Assembly (NCBI RefSeq): GCF_025526975.1
Contig: NW_026515668.1
Coordinates: 2,108,001-2,172,000, forward strand
From: Fimicolochytrium jonesii
Taxonomy: Eukaryota
Direction: 5' to 3'
DNA length: 64,000 nt
The position numbers and the translations under genes were made by a program. Shown piece after piece: positions 1 to 13,549 of this stretch. The notes beneath the pieces were generated by a model, which saw only the letters and a program-made list of their open reading frames with translations, was not told the origin of the DNA and did no database searches. Numbering within the stretch: the stretch's first letter is position 1; the number at the start of each line of letters is the position of its first letter.

Positions 1-1596
1 AGAAGATGGCGGCTAATAAGAACCAAAGGATCTCGGACAGGATGCGGATGCGCTGATGGATCCTGCTGACTGAAAAGGAAACGGGATTCAGGATTCAGAG
101 GGACATTCGCAACACAGAGGGCAATGCAAATCGAGCGAACGGGACGTACGCATCCAAAGCCAGTAAAGTGTACGGCACTGCCTGTGCGGGGACGCATGTT
201 TCAAGCTCTTGCAGGGTCAGATCGAGCGCAATGTAGATCTAATGCATTGTAAGGAAAAATTTTATTAAATGACTGAAAACATAGAAGATGATCCTAGAAT
301 ACATTGCTGTATGCACTCCTCCCCTTCTAGCTCACTGAGGCTCGCTAAGCGCCATGGGCAAGGAGTATTGCGCCTTTGGCGCGAGGGAACTGGGTCCGGT
401 CTCAACCACCGTCCACGACCCTCGGGCTCCCAACGCAAACCCTCCAGCCCCCAGCGCAAACGCTGGAGCAACCATCGCAAACCGCCCTTTGCCACCGCTG
501 ACACCATCCAGGCTATATAGTAATAGGTCCATGCTCCCCATTAAGCGCCTCTCCCCACTCGACAACTACCTTGGCAGCTATCCTGACGAGAGCGTCCTGT
601 CGATCACTCAGCTCAATGACACCCGGCGTGCCGTCCGATGCAGTCGTGAGCAGCTCTACTGCGAATGAGGCTGCTGTATGGCCGTGCGGGCAGGTGAAGG
701 ACACATTCTCCAGCAGCGACGAGAGGTAGGAACAAGCTGCTTTTCGACCTGGGTGTCGATCGATTCGTTTTGCGCGGGTTTCAGTCAGTGCCCTGCCAAT
801 CCTCGTGACTGCGCCCATTCCTGGCGTTCTGTCGGTTTACCTTTGAGTCTCAAGTCCGCGATGATCTTGGAGGATGGGGTAGGAAAAGGACGGTTTAGTT
901 TGACTTCGGTGAGACTTTTTGCGTGAACGAGGCGACCTTCTTCACCTCAGGAAGGGTGCTTGTGCCTGCCCGTGACAGCTTCAATAGGGTATCCATTCTT
1001 CTTTCCCTGGGCTGCCGTGCTCCCGTATCGTGCGTTCGCTTCGCAGTCTGTCCTTACTTCTTCTCTAACAGAGTAGCGTTTTCCCACGTTTCCATGCAGG
1101 TCTCGACGCAACGAACGCACCATGAAGTTGGGGGCCAACATGAGAACACGGATGAGATGGGTGACGACAGGAGAACACGCAAAGTGTCAAATTGGAGGTG
1201 CTTTGCGGCCTTCCCTTTTTTCTCGTGATGGGGCTCTTGGGGCTATTCGTGGCAGCAACCAGCCCAACAACCCACGCCTTTGTCCCTCTGGTTTTCCCTG
1301 GCAATAGCTGGCGCCTTTTTCCCCTTCCGGCTGCTCGCTGTTGATGCCTTGCGCGACGCCTCTTTCGCGGACAGGCGGCACAAGGCAACCCCCCCCCCCC
1401 CCCCTTCTCATACCCCATATGCCCTTTTTTTCCCATGTGAACACTCCCCTCCTCCTCCTTGGACAAAACATAAAAACATACATTGCTACTTCTTTCTTCA
1501 CAGTTCAGACAATTGACAGAGAAAAAAAAGGACACTTTCCCACTTCACACCTACCCATTGCGCACACACTGAACACTTCCCCCTACCCGTAAACAA

Positions 1597-3755
1597 ATGT
1601 CAGCAGACCACATGGCCAGGAGAGAAGGCCACCGTGCATACCAGCGTCCCGCCAAACGGAGCGGTGCCATGGAGGAGCTTGGCGAGGTCAAACGGCGGAA
1701 GCTGGACATGGATATCCGTACCACTCCAGAGACTGAGGAAGTGAAGGAGAAGTCGCTGGCAGCCGCACCATTATCACCTCCCGAAGCTCCATTACTGCAG
1801 GGCCTGGGCGACCCACCGGCACAACCCCCACGACCACCGACACAATCCCCACGACCACCGCCGACACAATCCCAACCACCACCACCACCACCGTCACCGC
1901 CAACACCAGCACCGCAGCCGGCAGAGGATAAGCCGATGGCAGCAGATACCCCTCCAGTCCCGTCCCCGACTCCAACCTCAGCCCAAGTCAGGTGGCGAGC
2001 GGAGCTACAGGCCTACGCGCAAACGCAAGCGCAAGCCTACCTACTCGCCGAAAAGCACTTTGAAAAAGCCAACGCGCAACGCCGGCTCCTCTTTGCCCAG
2101 CTCGACCCGGATAAGGTCCTCAAACCGCTACCTATACCCGCAGGCGCCCAGGAAGGGGGGGAACTGCACGACGAGGAAGGAAGGGATACCAACGGGAGGA
2201 CGACGTCGGCAACAACAACAACCACCACCACATCATCATCCCCTGCGAAAAGCCCTGCGAAGAAAGCTCATGATACCCCGCGACCCGCCCCCCCACCGCC
2301 CGTGATACAGAGCCTGACGTACAGCGTCCATGCATCCGTCGCTGGGGATCCGGACGGGAAACCCTATCGGTGTGATGTGCCGACGTGTGATCGCAGGTTC
2401 AAGAAGCTGAACGGGTTAATCGCGCATCATCAGGCCGCGCATACGATTGGGGATGTGGATGCGGTGAAGCCGTTCAAATGCAATGTTGATGGGTGTACCA
2501 ATGCGTATAAGAACTCAAATGGCCTTGGTGGGTGTTTGACTTTGGATCTGGGGACGGCGAAAGGGCGAAGGGCGAAGGGCCGCATGTGAAAAGCAGGCAA
2601 CTCATTCCATCCTTTCCTCGCATAGCATATCACCTGGAAAACTGGCACGGCACAGGAGCAACTGCACCCAGCAAACCGACAAGCAAAGCACCCTCCACAC
2701 ATCCAAGCCTACAACTCGACAACGCAGAAGCAGCAGAACCCCCACCTGACCCAACAGCACAGCAGGACCTCTCCTTCGCAGATACCCCCGAACAGCCCGC
2801 CAAACAGACATCAAAGGCCAAAAAAGCGGAACAGAAGCTCAAAGCAGCTGCCGAGCGGGAGGAATCGCGGGATAGACTGTGGATGTGTCCGTACAAGGGG
2901 TGTGAGAAGATTTACAAGAATCTGAAGGGGCTGGGTACGTGCATGACACCTCTTTTGCTGTCGGCGATTGGGCGATGAAAGGGGCAATTTCCAACACGTG
3001 GGGGTCTCCCTTTCCAGCCTACCATCTCCAAAAAGGAAAAGCAACCGGCCACATGGTCCTCACCGAAACCGAGGGCGGACTAAACATCTACGTCTGCGCA
3101 AGTAAGCCCCCTCCCCCCCATACAGGTTCCTCCCTCCCCATCATCTCCCCACTAACTCCACCCCATTAGTACCAAACTGCACAAAAACCTACCGCACCCC
3201 ACAATCCCTTATCGAGCACGTGGAAACCGCCCACGCAGACATGGACCCTGTCGTCATCCCCCCCGCCCCGGTTGGGGAGCAGATGGAGCCGACGGCGGTG
3301 GAGAAAGGCAGGATCGTGGAGTGTCCGAGTTGTATGCGGCCTTTCAAGAGTTTGAAGACGTAGGTTGCCGAAGATGCATTTTGGGGTGGCGTAGATGGGG
3401 TGGGGGACTGATGGTTTTTTGATTCAGGTTGAACGAACATACGGCGCTGATACATCACCACCGTGTACCGGACCTGCCCGTCGACACGGCCCTTTCGACT
3501 ACCTACATTTCACAAGCACACCGAACACCGGGACTATCGCATCCACCACCCTCCCCAACCCCCACTGTGACCCCACACGCCACGAACCCGAACCCGACCA
3601 CGAGGCCAACCAACGACAGTAGGAATCCCAAGATGGAACCCGACATCAACCCCATCTCCCCCTCCGTCTTCTCCCTCACCCCCGCACACCCGGACTTGGA
3701 CTCGACGTTTCGCCGCGGAGGCGCGGTGGGGGTTTGGGGTGGCGTTGTTTCGTGA
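1597..3755 (+). CDS. Multi-C2H2 zinc-finger protein (Sfp1/JAZF1-like transcription factor), 5 exons
   Basis: Fingers YRCDVPTCDRRFKKLNGLIAHHQAAH, FKCNVDGCTNAYKNSNGLAYHLENWH, CPYKGCEKIYKNLKGLAYHLQKG, CAIPNCTKTYRTPQSLIEHVETAH and CPSCMRPFKSLKTLNEHTALIH are joined in frame by GT-AG introns 2528-2625, 2935-3017, 3102-3169 and 3360-3427. Confidence 0.8.
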
Positions 3756-4157
3756 AATCGATGCATGATGGTTACATAGACAGACACATACCACTCTTTT
3801 TCTGATACGCACCTGTAACGCGATATACATGGTTCTGGCGCTGGTAGTTCTACGCGATATACATGGGCTGGCACTGAAGGATGTTCACCCTCGGTGCATG
3901 CGGTCAGGCATCGGTGGGTGGGAAGCGGGAATGACAAAGACGCGTCAAGAACCAGGGTGGTGTAGAACATTTCAAAATGCTTGCGGATGTCCGAGGCTGC
4001 TGCTGCAATTTCAGGCATCTGATCAACAACGATACGACGCCTGATACGGAGTTCAGCTCCTTGGAAGGCGCAGCCCGCGAAAAGGGGGCTTGCGGGTAGC
4101 GATCGTGGCGATCGTTCCCTGGACGTACCTGAAGCGTTCCTCACCGTAGAGGCACAC

Positions 4158-4730
4158 ATAGAGGAACCTGTAAAGATTCACACGATCCCGCACACACCCT
4201 GGATGGTGAAACCCCATCGATTACCTCCGCAAATGACGAAAATCGCCACAGACCTACTTCGAACGAAACGCGATGCAGGACTGCTAGAACCCTCATTTGG
4301 ACCCTACCGAAACCCTTGGTTCCTAGTTCCCCAAAAGAACGGAACATACCGATTTGTACAAGACGTGCAGATGCTCAACAGCGTGACAATACGAGACGCC
4401 GGATGCGCGCCGACCGCAGAAGTTTTCGCTGAAGAATTTGCTGGACGCTCCATTTTATCTATGGCCGACATGTATTCCGGATATGATCAAGTACCCCCAC
4501 ACCCTGAATCAAGAGATCTTACGGCCATGCTTACGCCGTTTGGACTATACCGACTTACCCGACTTCCTCAAGGAGGAACTAATTCCGTTGCTCAATTTCA
4601 ACGAGTAGTCGACAAAGTATTCGAATCACTCAAGCCCGACATCGTCAGTGTATATGTCGATGACACCGGCATCAAAGGACCGAAGTACCGAGACGAGACA
4701 CAAGTGAAACCCAATATTCGCAAATTCTTA
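4158..4730 (+). mobile_element. Ty3/Gypsy LTR-retrotransposon reverse transcriptase fragment (truncated)
   Basis: RT motifs WFLVPQKNGTYRFVQDVQMLN, DMYSGYDQV, TPFGLYRLTRLPQG and YVDD are present. No RNase H, integrase or LTR is recognisable downstream. Confidence 0.9.
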
Positions 4731-5629
4731 CATCCACTGTCAATCCTATCTCAGAGTTACGCCGGGTGGGGCGTGTCCTGTCATTGTCCGCCGGTGTGGG
4801 TTCCCGGCGCGCAGCGCACCTCCTTAACGACAACGACGACGTGGATGTAGAAGCAGGGTATTCACTCAAACTGCGATCGTTTCTCTGGGATGTCTGCAAA
4901 CGGCTTATAACGCGTCCCCTTTCAGTCACGGTGCTTCCCTTTGTTCGCCACTGAATGCTCATTGATAGGTCCCAAATTTTTCTTTTTCGCACAATCCTCC
5001 TATTCTGTCACACACAATACGCTGCCGTGGCATTTGTATGGTTGACTCGAAGATGGAGTGTCAATCCATAACGCAAGAGCATATCAAACACAGGAAAGTC
5101 TGCATTCTTTGTTAAAAAATGATGTGCAATCCAACGAGAGTGTTGGAACGAGAATGCAAGCTTCCTGTCTTGCATTTGCGGCGCCGCAGGCTGAAGTGAA
5201 TGTGGAGTAGGCCTTGGAAAAAGGATGACTGCTGATGCTGTTGCTGCTTGGTCGGCCGCATGATAGAGGAGATATTACCCTCTATGTTCTTGACACCTGC
5301 ATTGCATTTGATGAAAAGAACGTTGTCCGAGGAATGTCCAAATCCTCGAAGAACATTGACCGGTATCGACAGCGTAACCAGGCACGCGTGAGAATTACAT
5401 AAGCATCCTTGCCGTTTCCCGCACGTCGCAACTCAACCTCTTCTTCCATACTTTTGAAAACGTCGGAAACGGGGATACAGACCAGACCAACTTTCGAGCA
5501 GTTGTTCCTGTCCGCTACAGCTGAGAATTGCTAAGGACTTTATTGCTAGCCTACGCTCGCGAAAGCTGGCAAGCGCCCGAGTAAAAGAACGTCATTCACC
5601 TACAACGGACTGAGCCAAAACCCCCAAAA

Positions 5630-6874
5630 ATGGCCACTTCCACCATCACCAACGCCCCACTCCCCGGCCTCCACTTCCCAGACTTCGGCAAAAAGCCCAC
5701 CACCTATCACAGAGACATTGAAGTCAACTGCACCGACCAGCTCCCCGACATCCAACGCAAACTAAACCTCACAACAAAGTTGATCGCCAACCACTACTCC
5801 CTTGCCCTCGCAAGCGGCACGCTAACGACGGAAGGCCCATTCACAGTCGCCCGCACTCACGCGTGGGAAACTATGGATGCGTTTGAGCAGGAAAGTTACA
5901 TGTTGTTCGAGGCCCGAGGTGTCTTCTTACCCGTCCTGGACCCGATCAAGTCGTGCGATTATGCAGACCCGAAACGAACAAACAATAAATGGTCCTACGT
6001 CAAATGCACGCCCGCGCTCAACGCACTCTACGGCCGCACCGACCTGGTCCCGGGCAACACGCTGTATTTCCAGCGCTTGTACCCGGGGTTGGTCCCCCTC
6101 TTGGAAGCCGTGCAAAAGGTATTGAGCGCAATCAAAGCATTGTCGGGCGGGACGGGCGCCGACCACCGCGTGCACGCCGAATATCACGCCGTAAAGAGAT
6201 TGCACGCGCAAGCGGCGAGACGGTTGACTGACTTGGGAATGAAAGGGGTGAAGAAGACGGAGAAAGAGGAGGTGATGAGGCGGGATGTGGTGGTTGGAAT
6301 GGAGTATTTGTTGGCGAGGAGGCATGCAGTGGCCGCGGGGATGGTTTCGGAAAGAATTCGAACGGCTATGGCTGCTAAGAAGGCTGCTGCTGGTGCCCCA
6401 ACCCAAAAGACGACGACGATGACTGTGGACGTCAGCAAACCTACCCGCGGCAAGGTTCAGAAGACCGGTGTTTTCGATTCCGCCATTTCGAAATTGCCCA
6501 CTCTGCCTCCGCTGCCGACCAGACGTCTCTCCAGCGTCACTCTCCCAGTCAGCGTACACATCACACGCGCAGACTTGATGCCCAACCACCACATTCGCGA
6601 AGAACTATCCTCACCCGCCCGTGCTTCCCCGAGAATCCAAAGCAAAGAACGCACCTCGCCTCGAATCCAAATCAGAGAACCTTCCCACCCCATCTACACA
6701 CCCAACCCGCGCCGCCCTCGCGACGAATCGTCCCCCTCGCCGGCGGCCCGCAAGCGCGCTAAGGTGAATAACCCGGTTATGACATGTCGGTCTGAAAGCG
6801 CGTTTTTCCCGACGGTGCAGTTGGAGGATGAAGAGGATCTGGAGTATCTGATGAATTTCGAGCTGATGAACTGA
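5630..6874 (+). CDS. Hypothetical protein, 414 aa, intronless, low-complexity S/P/R-rich C-terminus
   Basis: Long ORF with good ATG context (aaaaATGG) and host-like composition. No family recognised. Confidence 0.55.
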   Translation: MATSTITNAPLPGLHFPDFGKKPTTYHRDIEVNCTDQLPDIQRKLNLTTKLIANHYSLALASGTLTTEGPFTVARTHAWETMDAFEQESYMLFEARGVFLPVLDPIKSCDYADPKRTNNKWSYVKCTPALNALYGRTDLVPGNTLYFQRLYPGLVPLLEAVQKVLSAIKALSGGTGADHRVHAEYHAVKRLHAQAARRLTDLGMKGVKKTEKEEVMRRDVVVGMEYLLARRHAVAAGMVSERIRTAMAAKKAAAGAPTQKTTTMTVDVSKPTRGKVQKTGVFDSAISKLPTLPPLPTRRLSSVTLPVSVHITRADLMPNHHIREELSSPARASPRIQSKERTSPRIQIREPSHPIYTPNPRRPRDESSPSPAARKRAKVNNPVMTCRSESAFFPTVQLEDEEDLEYLMNFELMN

Positions 6875-7119
6875 ACTTTCGGCATGGGGCGATATTTCGT
6901 GGATCTGGAACATCGCCGCAAACAGAAACATGGGTAACTTGGAGGGAGTTGATTGAAAGGTTTTCTCGAGCACAACGGCGTACATCACGAACTGTCATTC
7001 GGCGTCTGCTCGGGACTTGAGCCACTGTTTTCTGTTACACGCATCATACCTATTCGTAGCATCCAAACATTACATATTGTCGCATCCGTAGCATTCATAG
7101 CATCCACACCACTCATCGT

Positions 7120-9982
7120 CTATCGAGCCAGAAACAGTTCGATGCTCGAAATCCATCTCCTTGAACGTGTGTGATATATAACATGAAGTAACATGGGGTT
7201 TTGATATAGTGTGTGATCGTTGTAAGAGATATCTATGCACATTTTGTTTTTTCTCTTTGAATACGATGGAAGCCATTCATCTGGCCAGTGACTTGATATC
7301 ACGCCGTTGAGGTACACTGCGATGCCGTCCAGGGCTGGTACATTCTGCACCCATTGATCCGCGTCCATTGTTGTCCAATGACAAAGGATCGCCGACAGAA
7401 GGAAGTGAAAGAAATGTAACCCGTTCGCATCCGATTCCTTCGCTGAGTGCATCAGCGAGTCATGACTGTTGTCAGCTTCCCAGTTCCATTCGCTATGATG
7501 ACATAGACTTCTACGCCAGTAGCATGTACTGTATGAACCACTGAGTAATTTTCCATATGCTGGCGGTTGCCGCATGGATGCGTGATGGGAGACCATGGCT
7601 AGCTTCGCACAAAAGGAACCACTTTCTAGCATCTCCAATGCTATTCGGCGCGCCACTTTCTTCCTCCAAGTAAGCCTTTCGTCTCTCATGATTGTGACAA
7701 CCGTCCGCATTTCGTCGTGTCCGGTAGGAACGGCCATCAACAACCGTCGACCATCAACGCATCCACCACCAACCGTGTGTCGTCTTATTCGAAGATCCCT
7801 GAACCGCACTAGCCGATCCCATATCTCGTTGGAGTTTGCCAATCCCAGTCAACCCGCTTCTCTAGCCAACCCGCACGCGTTGACTCGAACGTGGTCCCGC
7901 TTTTGAGAACTTCTTGAGGTCAGTTTGCACACCCAGCGGCCAGTTTATCCTTCTCAACCCGTGCAATGACGAGAGCATGTTCCAGAAATTGCAAGATGGT
8001 TGCCTCGTGCAATGTGATGCCGTACTGAAGAGAGTGGTGAACTACTTTACCGGTTTCGCCGTATATTAGAAAAAACGGATTTTAAATGGGCGAGTTGTAT
8101 GGTTGTCAGTTCGGACGGGTAAGCGTGTCCCGCCGGTCTCTCCAGGAAATCGCTAGAACCACAGGTTCGTCGGTGAGGAAGGGACCGCGGCTGCGGGGGC
8201 CCCCTGCATACCGGTTTGGGTGATCACGATGAAGACGATGTCTCCCTCTTGGGAAACCTGAGCGACCGTAGACGACTGTGACCGCGATTACAGGTTTCGT
8301 CGACACATTTTGCTACTCCACGCGATAAATGTGAGAGATGGGGGAACGAATGGGATGCACGGGCCAGTCGTGTGTATGCACAATCACCCTCGCGGCCAGT
8401 CGCAAACGTTTCCTCCTCCGATCGCTGCTACGTTTTGATGACCGTTCTGTTGTTGGTGTATGACATGTTTTTGTTATTCACAAGACGACGCCGCCGGCCG
8501 TGCTACGTGGTAGGTGTCTATCCTCCGTATCTCCGAGAGGACCCCTTTGCGCACGAGCTCCAGAAAGGATGCCAAGTAAAGCCTCAGCAGGGTCATCTCT
8601 AGGCATCGGGCATTTTTATGTAGGAAGACCGTGGCATTCTTTTCGTGGTCGTTCGGCATGGGGTCACGCATACCTTCGATGTGCATTTCATCCCAAACAA
8701 CAGACAGATCCCAGACAGTGGGATGTCCCCGCTTGTTGTTCTCTGTGATGTAGCGGCTGCTTCTCTGGCAAAGGGCGATTAGTATTAGCAAACCGCAACT
8801 GAGAAGGTAATCGGTTGCTGCAGGTCTCTGTCAAGTGGCAAAACATGCCCTGCTTGACGACGCTGAGTTTTCGCCGGGTCAGCTCATCCTTGTAGAATCT
8901 CTCGAACTCCCAACGAGCGAAGAGAGGTCGAGTAAAATCAACTGTTTTTTGCCGGACAGCAGCCGTTGCTGAACCTGTGCGTCAGGGCAGCACTTTTTGG
9001 GAAGCAGGCCTTCGTTTTGGTGAGCGTTTTTGGCAACCGCTGGCTTGATCGCCCGGTCATTCGTCTCGTCCATAATGAACACACGCAAAGGGTGTGAAGA
9101 ACGAACTGCATCAATCCATGAAAGCATAACAAACACGGCGCACGCAATGAACGAGTTTGCCGCAATCGCAGGATATGCTGATCACTCTCGGCGTCGCTCC
9201 GTTGCCCTCGGCGTCACCGCCATAATTCCCCGGCAGAGTCGCGAATAAAAAGTGGCGTTATTCCTGCCAGAATTCCAAACATCTGAATCCGGTTGGCTTT
9301 GTCGCAAGTACAATCCCACAGCATTGTTATCGTTCGCCGAAAGGCTGGAGTGTCCATCGTATGCAGCGATAAATATGCGCTTCGTCCGACGCCACGTCCG
9401 GGGCCACCACCAGCCCGCCTCCGTGTCCGGAATTACACCAATATTTGTCCAAGATGTATTATATCACAATCTCGTAGGAGTTTGCGCTTTCCGATCGAGC
9501 CCTGCGTGGTATCGATCTGCTTGATCCATGTACGGTAGCCTCGTCTATGTCGCGGCGGTATTCCAGTTTAAGGTACTGGCGTCGGGCACGAACCATTGTT
9601 CACACTTTCCGCGATATGTTGCGGGAGAGCCGCGTTCCCGTGTCGCATTGAACGATCACGGCCGAGTTGAATCCTAGTCTGCTGCGCGTAGGTGGCTGCG
9701 ACCCTTGCAGCATTCGCTATTTCCGCGCTAAAGTCCTCAGTGCGGTGCAGCGGTGCGTCCGGTTGAGACATCAGTAGAGGCGAGATAGTTGCCGCATTGT
9801 GCTCGTGGACACCGTGGGAGCTCCCAGTCAGGCAGAAAATGGCAGGCAGACCATATGGTTGGCATCTGGTTCACCATCCCAGTGGCGATGTAATTTGCGA
9901 GCTCGGCTTCTCCGTCCGTCGGAAGGGCTGCCATAAAACGGTCGAAGGTGATGAGATCGAGTCCCACGGAATTTCGGCTCAC
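7120..9982 (-). pseudogene. Decayed coding sequence(s) of unknown family
   Basis: A series of protein-like minus-strand ORF pieces (9737-9982, 8879-9136, 8474-8791, 7120-7842) in different frames, with no clean splice model. Confidence 0.3.
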
Positions 9983-10452
9983 TTGTTCCTATCGTTCGTC
10001 TTTGTCCCTGCGTGAGTGTCGCAGATGTTGCCGGTTCATTTGCCGTCGTTCTTATCCTACGACCTCTCCTCTTGCCCAGCGTGGAACCTACCACGGAGCG
10101 AGTCAGGCTCGAAACCTTCTGCAGTTCAATCAATCGACCCCGCCAACCACTGCGAAACTTTCAACGCCTTCGACAAAACGAGGTGAAGTTCCGGGAAGGG
10201 GAGCTTCTGTGCGCCTCCCTTTTTTTTCTTCCGGGCTGCGCCTTCGGGAAACTTTGCGGAGGATTGAGATGAGAAACCATGTTGGAACTGTTTGACAGCA
10301 CCTGTCAATCCGAATCGTCCCGTGACTTCACAAATAAACTCAAGCGATGACCTTCGCGCCCTCTCGCCTGCCGTCGTTGAGGGCTTCACATCAGCAAACT
10401 AACAATCGTCGCTTCTCGTAAAGTAAAGAAACCCTCTCTCCCTCAAGTCAAA

Positions 10453-11148
10453 ATGGCTGCTGACGCTGTAACCGTGTTCGTCGCCATCGTGGTCTTCGTC
10501 TTTTTTGTCAAATATGTCGTCTTTGGTGAGTTTTTTCGAATTTTGGCCATCCCTGGTCCCGTCCTTCACTTGTTCCGTTCACTCAACCTAATTCCACTCC
10601 CAACAGGCGGCCCTTCCCACCCACCATCCACAGACGGTTCCTCCTACACCTCTGCCTCTTCGCAACGCACATTCGGGCGCCACCGCGTCCCCGCCGCCAG
10701 CATCGACACCGTACAGTCCATGTTCCCCGCCTTCCCGCGATCAACAATAGAGCAGGACCTATCGCGCACGGGGTCTGTGGAAGTAACATGCGAGAACATT
10801 CTAAGCGGGCGGTTGGTCGCGCCGCCTCAGCCATTACCATCACAACAGCGACCCGCAACAGCCCCGGCGGGATCGAGTGGGGCGAAGAATGGGTCGGTGA
10901 GCCCGCTTGCTGCGCTGATTAGAGATGAGAGCGTGCCTGTGAGCGAGCCGAAAAAGGTGTGGGACGCGACGCCGGAGGGGAGGGAGAGCAATTTGAGGGC
11001 GAGGAAGGAGTTTATGGTTCAACAGGCTAGAGAGTGAGTATATTGACTGGAGACGGTTGCGGACGGTTTGCGATGTTGATGAGTTCTGATTGTTTTTTCT
11101 TCTAAAAGGAAACTTCTGGCGAAGCAGCGACAGCAGGCATCGACTTAG
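10453..11148 (+). CDS. Membrane-anchored CUE-domain protein (Cue1/Cue4/AUP1-like)
   Basis: N-terminal TM helix, CUE motif IDTVQSMFPAFPRSTIEQDLSRTGSVEVTCENILSG, and C-terminal RESNLRARKEFMVQQAREKLL (Ubc7/G2BR-type). Introns 10526-10606 and 11034-11108. Confidence 0.8.
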
Positions 11149-11205
11149 GCGGCAGAGTAGAAGTAGGAGGTAGCACAGCTGGGTGGGAGGGGACCATTTT
11201 GGGCT

Positions 11206-11550
11206 GGAACGTCATTTGGAGGTCTGCGGAAAACCGTCTCCTGCAACAGCAGATCCTCCGGGAGATTGATACATATAATGGGTCTTAAAGACAGATACCT
11301 CGATTGACCTCTTGGGCCGCCAGCGGGTCATCCCTGTCCATGTCAAGGAATGGGTTCTCACTCACAGAGAAGTATTCGGGAGAGCATAATTCAAATCTGG
11401 AACGTCATTTGGAGGTACAGCAGATCCTCCGGGATATTGACACATATAATGGGTCTGAAGGTTGCCCCACATTCTGTTGGGAATAAGTCAGGAACGGCAC
11501 GAAAGACAGATACCAAGTAGTCGATGGGAATGGGTTCTCACTCACAGAAG
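11206..11550. repeat. Imperfect local duplication mosaic
   Basis: tggaacgtcatttggaggt...cagcagatcctccggga.attga.acatataatgggtct occurs at ~11206 and ~11398. aaagacagatacc and ggaatgggttctcactcacaga each occur twice. Confidence 0.75.
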
Positions 11551-11954
11551 GAATCGCCTTCCACACATCAAACCCCTTCTCGGGGCTGGGTTTCAAGCTT
11601 TTCGGTGAGTACTTCCTCCGTGCACTGGGAACTTGCACGAAAGAGCTGTTTCTGTCAAGCTTTCCAGTACGCGTCACGGTATATTTTCGTAACTGCTTCA
11701 ATCGATGGCATATCGTTGGTGTTTCCCTCCGTTCTTCCTTTTCGCCGTGCTCTTCCACATACCGAAAGCACTTCCACTCCCACCGTCTCATATCGATACC
11801 GATAGGCTCTATGATAGCCCCTCTCCCCGTCTCCAGTACAAGAGGAGCACCCGGTCTGCAACATGCTGCGTGCATGTCAAAGCTCGTCCATAATACTCCT
11901 GCCATAGCCCGTCACCATCTGCCAACTTCATCCCGCGACAGTCAGCCGTAGACA

Positions 11955-13126
11955 ATGGCCATCGCAACGATGACTCCCGCAGTTGACCTGCGCCCCGGCG
12001 CGCCGGTGAAGAAGAAGCCGTTGCAGGTTTTCAACTTGGCTATCGGGGCTGCGCTGAACATCTTCGAGGTTTCGACGTTGGGACAGCCATTTGAGGTACG
12101 CAGAGCTATAGGCCAACTTAAGTTTGACAGCCAATAATAGCAAATATGAGAAACGAGTATTCACACATATCCTACTCTCCCAGGTCATCAAAACCCACAT
12201 GGCCGCCAATCGCGGCGACACGATGCCGCAAGCCATCGCAAAGACCTGGAAACGGGGTGGAGGCCCGCTGGGATTCTACCAGGGCCTGATCCCGTGGGCA
12301 TGGCTTGAAGCATCGACGAAGGGCGCTGTGTTGATGTTTGCTGCGTCGGAAGTGGAGTATTTGTGCAGGAAAGGTGGGGCGGGGCCGGCTTGGGCAGGCG
12401 TTTTAGGGGGGATGGCTGGTGGGATTACGCAGGTGTGTTGATGTGGATGTTTGACTGGGTGTGTGTAAGGCGACGGTGTCTAATGTATGGATCATCTCGG
12501 CAGGCATACACAACAATGGGAGTCTGCACCTTCATGAAGACCGTCGAAGTAACCCGTCACAAAGCCGCCGGCAGCGGTCCTGCCAAATCCACCATCCAAG
12601 TCGCCCGCGACATCTTTGCCAAAGAAGGCATCCGCGGGATCAACAAGGGCGTCAACGCCGTCGCCGTCCGCCAATGTACCAACTGGGGGTCCCGGTTCGG
12701 GCTCTCCCGCGTCGCCGAGAACGGGATCCGTAAAGCCACGGGCAATGAGGACCGTCCGCTGTCGCCGTACCAGCGCATTTTGGCGTCGGCGATTGGTGGG
12801 GGCATGAGCTGCTGGAACCAGCCGATTGAGGTTATTAGGGTCGAGATGCAGAGTCAGGTTCAGGCTGCTGGTCGACCGACGAAGATGACGATTGGAGCAG
12901 CTGCGAAGTGGATTTACCAGCAGAATGGGTTCAAGGGATTCTACAGGGGCGTTGTGCCACGGTGAGTTGCCGTTTTCCCCTTGTTGCCCCTTCTCATCTT
13001 TCAATGGCACTCAACAACTCCCATCATTCCTCTTGCAGAGTTGGATTGGGAGTTTGGCAAACCGTCTGCATGGTCTTTGGCGGTGACTCCGTCAAGGCCT
13101 ACTTTGCTGCCAAGGCCAAACATTAA
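11955..13126 (+). CDS. YHM2: Mitochondrial citrate/oxoglutarate carrier
   Basis: FEVSTLGQPFEVIKTHMA, GFYQGLIPWAWLEASTKGAVL, RQCTNWGSRFG, WNQPIEVIRVEMQ. Exons 11955-12095, 12184-12432, 12504-12961, 13039-13126. Confidence 0.93.
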
Positions 13127-13549
13127 ATCCTCCACTATCTGGCATCTCAGTTCATACGCACCCCCTGCAATTAATAGTAGATCTCATGCAATGCATATCC
13201 CCATACCATGTTTATGGCGTAGTTTCCTTTCCTTGCACTATAACCATCTTCGAATTCTGACACACCATCAACGTTGACCACCCATCTATTGGGAGCAATG
13301 ATAGTTTGCATTTCTTACGAACGACCATATGCGGTCGGCTGCCATCTTATACGTGTATATCTTATACGTGTGTCGCGAGTCCACGGTTGAAAACAGACAC
13401 GCGAATTTAGTTATGAGCGAAAGTCATGTGACCGTGAGTCACCATTTCAATTGACCGCGGCCTCCCCGGGGCTAATCGTTGAGCGAAGGCTCCATCCAGC
13501 GTTTTGAAGGCCCTTTCCACTGCACCATCAACGTCATCCACTAGCAAAG

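Noticed and set aside
1..1200. Short ORFs at the window start
   Set aside because: Fragmentary with no recognisable family. Possibly decayed repeat DNA, but I cannot support a call.
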